From Sphaeroforma arctica JP610 (lineage: Eukaryota): DNA of 49,499 nucleotides. The position numbers and the translations under genes were made by a program. The notes beneath the pieces were generated by a model. It made no database searches and was not told the DNA's origin. It saw nothing but the letters and a program-made list of their open reading frames with translations. Shown here in pieces: positions 12,574 through 24,484 of the stretch. Positions within the stretch are counted from its first letter, which is position 1, and the number at the start of each line of letters is the position of its first letter. The stretch is taken from assembly GCF_001186125.1 (NCBI RefSeq), contig NW_014040522.1, positions 49,754-99,252 on the forward strand, given 5' to 3'.

Positions 12574-12947
12574 GTATATGTATATGTATATGGTATATAT
12601 ATATATATATATATAATATATGAGAAATATGGTATATTTCAGAAAAATGCCATTCGTACAATATACAAATTTACGAAGTATATTATACAATATAGTATAT
12701 GAAAGAAAATGTTTATGCGATATTTTACATCAGCTATAAATCAGCTACTATACACTCGTACAATTCCCTTAATATAGCTGCAAACTACAGCCACTCTGCC
12801 TATATAATTATTCTACTATAACTACAAAATACAGTTAATATGCCTATATAAATCCTTTGATAGAACTGCAAAATACAGGCTATATATGCCTATACAATTA
12901 CTATATTACAGCCTTGAAATACTATATATTATATTTCGTATTGTACG

Positions 12948-13134
12948 TATGGCATATTTCATAAATATGGCATATTTCAGAAGTATGGCATATTTCATAA
13001 ATATGGCATATTTCAGAAATATGGTATAGTTTAGAAATATGGCATATCCATAAAGAAAATGGCATTTGTTTAGAAATATGGCATATTTTAGAAATATGGA
13101 ATATTTACGGCATATTTGTAAATATGGCATATTT
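12948..13134. repeat. Array of the quasi-palindromic motif AAATATGGCATATTT (16-17 bp period)
   Basis: About 10 copies, with further copies at 11341-11377, 12624-12640 and 13163-13175. Confidence 0.85.
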
Positions 13135-13728
13135 CAATTTATTTATTCCAAATAATATAATTTATGCCATATTTCTGAAATCAACACGCGTACTACATAT
13201 TTTATATTTAACGTTTTCAGTGCATATCTATTATTTTAAAATAATAATACGCCAATTTTTCGCCATATTTATTATCGAAAAATATGAGAACAGTCTACAC
13301 TACTCTCTCTCTAGTCTCTACACTCAGCACTGAGCAGTAGACTACAGTCAGAGTCTACTATTTACATAGTAGAGAGTCTCTAGAGTAGTAGACTGTGACC
13401 ATTTGACTCCATAAAACGGAGTCTAAAAGGGAAACAAAAATAGTGCGTAGTGTTTTTTTATTTATTTTTAAAAAATAAAGTAAAGTTGTTCCCTTGAACT
13501 TTCGTGCGCCATCAGTGATGATTCCATGGCCCCGCCGCGGCCCGCGGGCGGTCGGTCTCTTCCTACATTCTCAATCTAGTCGCTGTCTCTCTCTCTAGCT
13601 AGAGTATCTTCACAATATACGGCCTATACAGTATATATAAAGTACACTGCACATTCGAAGTGTACATTCAGAAGTAGAACGAAACGACAGCGATCTCAAA
13701 ATTACAACTTATTTCAGCATCTTTTACA

Positions 13729-14244
13729 ATGGATTCGTCTGATAAAAGAGATGGTGCGACGCAGATTCTTACGCCCATGCCTGAGATTTTTCAAGTGAAA
13801 GTTCTTTCCTTGACGGGGCAGAAATTTCGTATCAATGTTTGCACAAGAGATCCTGTTTTGGCGATTCTGGATACATTGGGCAAGTTTTTGGGCGTTTCCA
13901 CCGAGCGATTACAGTTGGTGCTCGTAAAGAATTCGTATATCCCGCTCAATAATCTGGAGCGGTTAGTGATTTCTTATGGTATTCGCGAAGGTGATACACT
14001 ACGCTTGCAACCGGCGAGAATTAAAAGCGGCCCCCTCAATTACAGATCTAAGAACTGTGCAATGGATATTGCGCATGACTCTCCTAATAGGTCTTCGTCA
14101 GCAGCAGCTTCGGAGGCACCCAGTCTAGAAATAACAGTCTCCCAGGAAAGAATACAAGAGAATGCGCAGTTAAAAGAAAGAATGTCAGAACTACGATGCA
14201 GGATTCAAAAAAAGAAAGAACGGCGGGTCTCTGTAGGATTATAA
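13729..14244 (+). CDS. Ubiquitin-like domain protein with a basic C-terminal helix (midnolin/ZFAND4-like)
   Basis: FQVKVLSLTGQKFRINV...GVSTERLQLV...SYGIREGDTLRL fits the ubiquitin beta-grasp pattern. The C-terminus is ENAQLKERMSELRCRIQKKKERR. Intronless, with an acaATGg start. Confidence 0.8.
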   Translation: MDSSDKRDGATQILTPMPEIFQVKVLSLTGQKFRINVCTRDPVLAILDTLGKFLGVSTERLQLVLVKNSYIPLNNLERLVISYGIREGDTLRLQPARIKSGPLNYRSKNCAMDIAHDSPNRSSSAAASEAPSLEITVSQERIQENAQLKERMSELRCRIQKKKERRVSVGL

Positions 14245-14902
14245 AGCTTAATGGGTGTTAGTGTCACTTGTAGTACACGGTAATTAAACACGTTTTTATC
14301 CTTAGTGTTCTGTATTCCAATTTCGAACAATCAGGCACTTATGGCAGAATCAGAATACAATATATCATGCATTAGTATAATGTAATTAACGGCAAGCAAT
14401 GCAATCGTCTGGTTGGGTGCGGTATATTATATGGCATGCATATATCTGAAGCAAACTTTCAATTCTATACTCTATTTCGCCCTTTTTGTCGCTCTGAAAT
14501 CAAAATGATAGCTAAAAAGTCGAGAGCTGTTGTCTCGTAAATATATTTACAATATTTTGTCGATATGGTTGCTTCTACTCACAACCACACTTAATCAGAT
14601 TTTAACACCAGTATTCCTTTGGGAACGTGGTCTAATGTGTGTTTTTTTGAGAAGTCTATGGTCTGATTCACTATCTGCTTATATGGAATGCCTGCAATCG
14701 TTTCGCAACAAATGTTTGAGCATATCAGACTTCCAGAATACCTCGTGTCTGCACATGAAGGCTTCCAGAGTACTTCGTGTCGTGTCGAGCGCTGTGTGAT
14801 CACTTTTATAAAGCGCATCTTTAAGCTTTAGGATTTTATTCTCCTTTATGCTAATGTCGAACTTTGTTTTCGTGTGCTGATTTTGATACCTGGAGATAAT
14901 TT

Positions 14903-15549
14903 CACCGGTTGAAGTTAGATAAACTCTATTTTTCTCATCTAATAGGTCTCCTTGATTGGATATATCGACTATGAATACAACCACTATAGTGCACGCTATA
15001 TCATATTCGCCCTCTGATATAATTTGTTGCTAGCAATATCATAAATACAATGCGAAACGAAGCTGGGGGAATTCTATCGCTGGACTTTATAAAGTCAAGG
15101 AGATTGGATATGCATTCATTGGGCGTCTAAGGTGCTAAACTGTGCTATCCAACAGATTATTGTAGTCAGCATATTTGTATTATACACCGGTTGAAGTTGT
15201 ATATTTTTTTCTTTTCTTCATTTAATAGGTCTCCTTAATTGGATAAATCGACTTCGAATACAACCACTATAGTGCACGCTATATCATATTCGTCCTCTGA
15301 AGTATTTTTTTTGCTAGTAATATCATAAATACAATACGAAACGAAGCTGGGGGAACTCGGTCGCTGAACTTTACAAAGTCAAGGAGATTGGATATGCATT
15401 TATTGGGCGTCTAAGGTGCTATCCAACAGATTGTTGTAGTCAGCATATTTGTATTATACGCACTCTGAAGTAATTTGTTGCTAGTAATATCATAAATACA
15501 AAACGAAACGAATCTGGAGGAACTTTGTTGCTGGACTTTTTAAAGTCAA
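14903..15549. repeat. 282-bp tandem duplication plus a partial third copy
   Basis: caccggttgaagtt occurs at 14903 and 15185; tgctag(c/t)aatatcataaataca...cgaaacgaa occurs three times. Confidence 0.85.
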
Positions 15550-15807
15550 CATTACATCAACTACGCAAGATGTAGTTTTCTATGAAAAACCATTTGTTGC
15601 TTACTTTATTGCACGTTGGCATTTATTCGTAGCTGAAGCTTGTAATGAGAGAAGACTCCTTTAAAGCCATTTCAAAGCCCGCCTCAGTTAAATTTCAATA
15701 TACTGATGTGCATGGATTATTTACGCTGATAAGTCTCCCCCCCAAGTATACGCTATAGCCCAATACGATTCACACTGATTATTTAAGGAATGTATTTCGC
15801 CGTTGCT

Positions 15808-17418
15808 TTAAACAATGGCGTTGACAGTCGTCATGTTTTCGAATTTGATCATGCACAGCATTGCGCCAACTAAGAAGGCAAAGCACATGAAGAACAGGCT
15901 AGAAGTCTCGAAAGCATCTACGTTGTATAAGATAGTGCATACAAACAAATTGAGCGGTATACGGAAGATGTTGATGATGGTGGATCGATGTTCCTCGGGC
16001 ACGTACTTGGAGCGCATCTGCATGAAACTGGGCCAAAACATACCCACGCACATTTCGAATACGCAAAAAGCTAGCAACTGTCCGAAACCACTGACCGTGA
16101 GCCCTCTGGGGTTACCTAGAGCCATGGAACCAAGCAAGAATGGTGCTAATACGGGCACGATCATCGCAGCTGCTGAGACACCGAAAACGCTCTTCATGTA
16201 CACCTCGGGTTTGTGTTCCTCGGCTAGCAACCTACCCGCATACGCACTTCCCAACATGCAGGCCACCATCATAGTGGAGAAAATGAAGCCGTGTGGAATA
16301 TCCTCATTTGTAGGAGCAAGGGCAGGTGTCCAGAGAAACACAAAAGTATACATAGCTCCCTCGAACAGAGCTTGCATGCATCCCAGCAGGAAAATCTTTG
16401 TGTCGTTCCTGATCTCGTCGACAGCAACCTGGAAGCTCGCTGAAAAGGTTTGCTGATTATTTTCCGTCTTATCTCCATGGTTCTCATTCCAAGTAAACGT
16501 AATTAGACCAGCACCCAGTGTCAAGAATACGATCGCGGCGTCGAAGGGAGCTACAGGTCCAAAATCCATATCGCGCACCAGGTAGTTCGCTAACACACCT
16601 GCAGCTATGGCAACCAACCCATTACCGTAGAATACAGCCTTCGAGAACGTGGAGCCTAACCAGGAGGCTTCAAATCCACGTGAAAAGTGTTCAGCGACCA
16701 ACCATGACTCAAAGACTGAGAATAATAGGGACGTTGCGATACCGCCAAAGAAACGACCCAGCATAAGCACATGGTAGTTGGACCAGTGCTTTGTCACGCA
16801 GGACGCGATGTATGTTGCACAGTACACCAGTGCAATTTTTTTCCGACCCACTTTATCGGCCAAAGAGCCTACAAAGGTCCCCACAATGAGTGAAGATCCA
16901 AAACCAGCTATAAACAAACGGCCAATGTCACCTTTGGAGTATCTGCTTGCAAGGAAAGGATAAAATATTAGAATCGAAGGATTGCATGCACAACATGTCC
17001 TCAACAAGAAAAAGGGGTGTACGTCTTGAATTTCTGAATGCATATCAATTAATATGGCGCTTCAATGATAGTACACACGTATTAAGCGAATAACCCTACA
17101 TTTGGGATCCTTCTATTCTTGATATGAAGTCGCTGCTACTTGTATCAAAGTTCGAGATCATAAGTATACCAATACTCGAGCTCTCTGTTTCACTTACCCA
17201 TAGTAGCTGTAAAGAGCATAAACGTAGGGACCTTGGAGCCAATCTCCGGCCATCATCAGCGAATATACGACGATATAGTTATTACGGAATGTCAAGAACG
17301 AGGAAGAGAAGTTGAAAAGCTTACTCTCCGTTGTCGCGGATTTACGATGGTTAGAATATTCCATGTATGTGGCACCGATGGCCAGTGCCCCGAAAAGGAC
17401 TATGTAGAAGCTGTCCAT
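15808..17418 (-). CDS. MFSD5: MFS transporter, MFSD5/MOT2 molybdate-anion transporter family; exons 17198-17418 and 15808-16942 (451 aa)
   Basis: Motifs YSLMMAGDWLQGPYVYALY, GIATSLLFSVFESW, LFEGAMYTFVFLWTP and IINIFRIPLNLFV. Phase-2 GT-AG intron (GG|gtaagt ... gcag|A) restores the frame. Confidence 0.93.
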
Positions 17419-18305
17419 TATGATATGAGAGTAGTTAAAAAAGTCCTATACTACTTGCACTACTGATGTGAATGCTAAGTATGTGTGCGAGGTGATCTTG
17501 AGGGAGCGTATAATTGTACTTTCGAGATGGAAAAGTATCAGAATGTCAAATCTCCAAGGTACCATTCTCCACTCCCAGAGAGTAGCTAGGTTTCAGATTT
17601 ATCAGCATTGATCTATTTTGAAAGCATCATTTTGAAATTAACCGCCATAATGTCGTTTACTATGACATGACTTAAAAATAATATTTTATATTAAATTTCC
17701 GTTTCATATTCCATTATTTCTATATTCATTCGACCGATTATTTAAAAACTATTTTACGACAATTCCATGAAGGTTCTACATAACGTATTTAAATACTCCC
17801 TTTCCTTTTGAACGATCAGAGTGAATATCATTATATATTGCTATTGCTCTATCAATCATCAATGTAGCATCACAGCCACAACCCTCAGTCCCACACCCTC
17901 AAAGGGCCTAAAGCCCCAAACCCCAGTCCTCGACTTCCAAAGTTCCACAGCCATTCACCATATCAACAGCCATCACCATAGAGATCCAGTTTTTTGATGG
18001 GCGCAAACCGAGTTTTCAAGGCGACAGTCGGGGTTCTCCTTTGTTATGTTTTTATTTAGTAGGCGCGTATATAGCCTTCTAAATGAAACAGCATGCATTG
18101 CAAAGCCACACGCAGAAACAAGAGACTGTGATTTTAGCACAAGAACCTTTAAACTATGTGTTGGGGCTGCGATATGTGAGCTCTATACCATATTAGTGCT
18201 TGTTCTTCCTACTAGTTCTTCGAAGTCTTTTAGGCGGTATCTGTCGGCTAGAGCTAACTAGGATTTTGAGCATAGATCGATCGAGTTGAAGCTGCAGGTC
18301 ACAGA

Positions 18306-18835
<530 letters not shown>

Positions 18836-19323
18836 TAAATATTAGATATATACCTTGAATGGAAAATGTGCTCTGTGTGCAGTTATATGTTACCTGTTAG
18901 TAGTTTGCCTCTTGAATATCCTGTTTTTTTGGCAGGGTTGTCATTGAATCATCGCAATTGGACTTGTGTTCAGAATGCGGTGTCGATCTTTCGATCCGGC
19001 GGGGCCCTTCAACCGTTTTTATTCAATTGTTGGCTGCATTTAATTATAGCCACCCAATTTGATAACATGATCTTATTCAAGATACAATCGATTTCGGGTT
19101 CAAGATATTGATGCACCCGGCCGTGACGACATTAAACAAATATTCAACTATTCATCCTAATTATTAGTGCGATTTCGTGTTCGGCGGTTACCCAAAGTAT
19201 TGCTTTGCGAATCTAAAAGCATACTTACTAAGAGCTAAACTGTCGACCGACATCCTCTTTTTATTTATACTCCGAAATTCATTCTTCCTAACGCGTCGCG
19301 TATCACAATCAACTCTACATTGA

Positions 19324-19607
19324 TAGAGACACTGCTGATGCATAGGAGTGCTTAAGCTTTGATTAATTACAGACGTACTAGCCTACTAACTAATTCATTT
19401 CGTGAGACGTCTTTTAGTATAGACACTGCTGATGCAAAGGAGTGCTTAAGCTTTAATTAATCGCGGACGTACGAACCTCGTAACTAATTCATTTGGTGAG
19501 GCGTCTTGTAGTATAGACACTGCTGATGCATAAGAGTGCTTAAGTTTTGATTTATTCTGGACGTACGAGCCTTCTAACTAATTCATTTGGTGAGGCGGCT
19601 TGCTATA
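19324..19607. repeat. 94-bp tandem repeat, 3 diverged copies
   Basis: agacactgctgatgca..gagtgcttaag...taactaattcattt starts at about 19326, 19421 and 19515. Confidence 0.9.
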
Positions 19608-19991
19608 GATTCAAACAGATCCACACTAAAATTTAACTACCAAAATTATTGTGTACAATCCGTATTGGCTGTGGACCCCCTCAAGCGACAGCGTGACCCA
19701 TCCACAACAGCAGCGGGTGTCCGCTATCCAAAAAAAAAAAAGAACGTCAGGGTGCACCCAAGTTGTCCTCAATTTCGTATAGCTCTGCTGTGGCCACAAC
19801 CAACACATCTCCGACTGCCGAGGCTCGCGTTCGCTCGCATTCGAAGTGTACAGCTAGCCCTCTCTGCTCGCTGTCCGGGAGAACACCCGCACCTGATTTT
19901 GCACTCCTACATTTGTTCACCCCGAAAATACCCCCTCTTCCCCTTTAAAATGCCCCTTTCTCGACCAGAAATTGACGGATTGTTGACTGGC

Positions 19992-22900
19992 CTATTCTTT
20001 CAGGCGGAGCACTTTGTTGTGCAGAGGGATGAGCGATTCTCGATGGCCCACACTGCGGGACGTCCAAGAGAACACGTGTGAGCATGCGACGCTGTGAGCG
20101 ACTGTCAGTAGCCGATGTCTCGTATCATATATGCACGCATGCCAGGACTCACCCACCCAAGGTGCGGGTGCAATCGATACTTTGGGGCATATGCTTGGAA
20201 TGGGGGTCTTAAAATGGGGCAAATATAGACCCAGCCACATATATCCCCCCGTTTGTATGTGGCCACACACAACGGAGAGCACAAACAAACTAAGCGAGAC
20301 AGGGCACGTGCTTGCTAGAGTGCCAAGGCAACGATACAAGACTCTTCCCAATAGAGCCTAGATCATAGTACACACGACTATATCGTACACACTCTACCCT
20401 TGGGAATGCTAATAAAAAGCTGTTTCGTTAAGAGTTTTATGGTTTTAGGGTTCTGATGCGTGTGGGGTGGTAGGGACAACACATTGGTAGTGACTAGTGG
20501 CTTTACCCCGGCCATTCCCATGTGAGAATTCTTATGTAGAAGTATCGAACGAAAGCTGGGTTTTAGGGTCTTAGGGTTTAAGGTTCACGAACGAGAGCCG
20601 GCAATCTATATCCTCACAAATGCACCACTACACACAATACACAAAAGTTAACCCATCCATGCGAACCTATACACGTGCACGCTAAAAACACAGGCTCGTC
20701 TGTATACACTCACGCCTGTCTACGCTAAAGCACCCGCACGTCTGCGCCCACTCACGCCTGCCCCTTGCACACACCTGAGTACACCGACACCTCTCCGCTT
20801 CAGCGCAGCGTAGACACTCTTCTCCCACTCCACATCCAGACTGGCCGTGCTTTCGTCCAGGATGGCAATGGCTGGGTTGTGCCACAGCACACGCGCGAGG
20901 CACAGACGTTGCTGCTCACCCACAGACAACATCACTTGCCAGTCGGCTATTACGTTCAGACCCCCGACTCGCCGCACAATGCCGGTCAGACCCACCTCAC
21001 CTGTGTGGTTGTGCATATAAGAGATGAGGTGAATGTGAGTGAGTGAAGGAGTGAGTGAGTGAGTGAGATGGCCCACCTCACCTGTGTGGTTGTGTATATA
21101 AGAGATGAGGTGAATGTGAGTGAATGAAGGAGTGAGTGAGTGAGTGAGTGAGTTAGTGTGATGCGGGTAGGGGTGATAGCATGAAGATCTCAGTGTGCCG
21201 AGAAAAGAGAACTTGCCATCGAACGGGCTGTGGTGTGTGAATTGTACACCGCTTAGACACAGATAAGCGATTGTGGAGAAGGAATAGATTGACTTACGTG
21301 TGCGCAACACACAGAATCAGAGGCTATCTCATATGAAGGCCCAATTAAAGACCACTGTAACTAATAATCTGCGAGCACAGACAAACGTAGCTTCATCGAA
21401 TAGGCTGTTGCCCATGTCGGGGTAGCGGTGGTCTTCACCTGCACTCCACTGCACAAACACACAGCAAATGAGCACACACACTTCTACACACAGCTAATGT
21501 GCAGACATACTTCTACACACAGCCATAGACTCACCCAGCACATCGATGAACACATCATCGGAGTCGTTGCACTCGACATTGACATTCGGATACATCATCT
21601 GTTGCTTCAGTGTGAGTTCATAGGCCAAATACGGTCGTTGTGGCAAGAAGAAGACGCCGCCCTTCCCATCAGTCAACGCCGGTGGACGGGAGAAGGATCC
21701 ATTAGAAGCAGGCCACAGCCCTCTGTGTTAGGATTTTAGGGTTAAGCCTGTGGTCTAGGATTTTAGGGTCAAGCCTCTGTTGTAGGGTTTAGGGTTAAGC
21801 CTGTGGTCTAGGGTTTTAGGGTTAAGCCTCTGTTCGAAGGAGAGCAACACGGGCTAATCCCAATCAAACTATACTGCTACTACTTCCCATGCGAAACCAC
21901 TCAACGTAACAACACCCCAGAGCCTTTCGTATGTCACACTTAAGGTACACAGATGTGTTAAAGACACACCTTAGTACACGCAGCAGCGACGTTTTGCCAC
22001 CCCCAGAAGCACCCATTACCAGCAAGCTATCACCTTGTTTCAGTACGAATGAAAGACTCGTGACCAACACATCTCCAGCGGGTGACGTGATCTGTGGTGA
22101 ATGCATTGAGATCATGATAGCGTGGCTCAATGTGTGTGTATGTACAGGAGTGTATGTTGTGTATACATGTACACATGTATGCGGATATATGAGAAGTAGG
22201 TATGGGTGGGTGATCTGGAAACGTACCGGGATTGGTTGGAAATGTAATACTAGCTACGCATGAAAATACAACACATATAAAATACATTTACATACACATG
22301 CAACACATATAACATACATTTACATACACATACAACACATATAACATACATTTACATACACATACAACACATATAACATACATTTACATACACATACATT
22401 AATAATATATAATAGAAGTGCATAACGATGGTTTATTCAGATACTTCTAGCTGCATATAAATATACCTAACACATATCACATACACATGCAGAATACACG
22501 TGTCAGACATACATGTACCCACACCTCACCATGACACACACATTGTGTAACTACACGCACCCACCCACCTGTAACTTATCGGTCTGCAACTCCTGAGCAT
22601 CAGAGACAGAGAATGAGCTCGTATTCAGCAGTGCTTCGTCCCTGGACCCACCCGCAGACGATTGGTGTCCGTTGCTGCGCTTCTCCTTCTCGGCTAAGAG
22701 TGCCTTGTGCAGCTCAGACACACGCATGACAAAGGCTACGAAGTCCGAGGTTTGTGTGGACATCTACGCCGGGGGGTGGGGTGGGTGAGAGGTAATATGG
22801 GTGAGTGTGTGTGAGTATATGGGAAGTGTTCTGTTGATAGGGAGTGAGAGTGAGTGAGAGTGGTAGAGTGAGAGTGTGCGTGAGCGTGTAAGAGTACCTG

Positions 22901-24447
22901 GAAAGTGTTCTGTTGATAGGGAGTGAGAGTGAGTGAGTGTGAGGACGTGGAAATTATTCTGATGGTAGGATGATCATCGTGTACGCGCATACAGCTTTTC
23001 AACATCGGAAGCGAAGGTATATCTGCAGGCCATGTACCTTCACGTACTCATACTCAAATACATGCACATACACGTACGTGCACACGGCGAAAGTGATAGC
23101 TACGAAATACCTTGCATATGGATGACTCGGAAATTCTGGAGGCACATGTGCACTGTCAGGTAATTGCAGACACTTACGAATCTCAACACTTTGGAACATA
23201 CATGACACCCAGAAGGTATAGAAGAGGTGTTAGAGGATGACTAGGACCATGCCATATAGATGGGCATATAGTACTACACATTCACGTGTATAATATTTAC
23301 ATACATCAAACCCATACACACACGTTTATATATATATATATATATATATACATATAGACACATGTACACGTATATAAAAACATATATATTTACGTACCTG
23401 GATAAGTATCGTAAAGCCAAACAGCAGCGAAATGAAACTTCCGGATGTCTGGGCAATCCACTGCGCACGCTCACTCTCGGGTGTGAAATTCCACGCTAAG
23501 CCAGAGAACACGGCAATACCCAGCGAGACATACATGATCAGTGTAGTTAAGTAGCCGAATGCAAACTCAACGGAGTTCAGGTACACCTGTGTGGAGGTAG
23601 ACGGTATGTTGGGTGTGTGTGTTGTGATGAGAGAGGGCATCGGCAACCATGCCTGTACTTGTGTATGTCTTATATGCAGTGAAATAAACTCGGTTGATGT
23701 GCATCGGAATAAACCGGGTCGAGGTGCACGTAAACGTGTTCGTTGTGTGTGTACATGAATCGGCTCGGGCGTTCGTACACAGTCTAGTGGCTTAAAGTAC
23801 ACAGTCTAGTGGCTTAAAGTACACACTCTTGTCACACACACGCCCGTGAATGCACATACATGGGTTAGTATAGGGCTATTACCAACAAAGTGATCTACCA
23901 TCCTCCTATACACACATGGGTGTGTAGCTAACACACGCATATGTAGATACTTGCACATGTATGCCTATGCAGCTACATACGTGAGTGAAAAGCAATCAAT
24001 ATATAAACACACACAAACACACACATATATATATATATACATACATATACATACACACACACACACATATATATATATACCCATACAATATACCATGTGA
24101 CGATAGACCGTGTCCATACCTGGCGAGTGATGATCTTTTTGGTGTTGTCCACACAGTGGTCGAGCGTCTTCTTCACAGAGTTGCGCTCGTGACCGCCTGT
24201 GCCAAGGAATGCGATGTCTTCTGCGCGTGTACGCACCGTCACATGCAAAAACCGGAACAGCGCTTCAAATCTAGTGACACACACGTGAGTTGATGATGAG
24301 AATAGTGCAGAGGTTCTGGTCTACTTACGCAGCACTAGTTGACCATCTATTTTTCCATCTGTCTTACCTTATATGCATGTACACGGATGTGCACGTCTTG
24401 TGTAGATAAAAATAGACAACCGAGCATACACAACACTGTGTTTGCTA

Positions 24448-24484
<37 letters not shown>

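Noticed and set aside
15815..16456. Long plus-strand ORFs opposite MFSD5, and similar ones opposite BMS1 and ProP
   Set aside because: Antisense shadows of real coding exons.
22530..22550. Alternative micro-exon LHNVCVM in ABCD
   Set aside because: It would need an 18-nt intron, and the 22227-22253 exon fits the family motif better.
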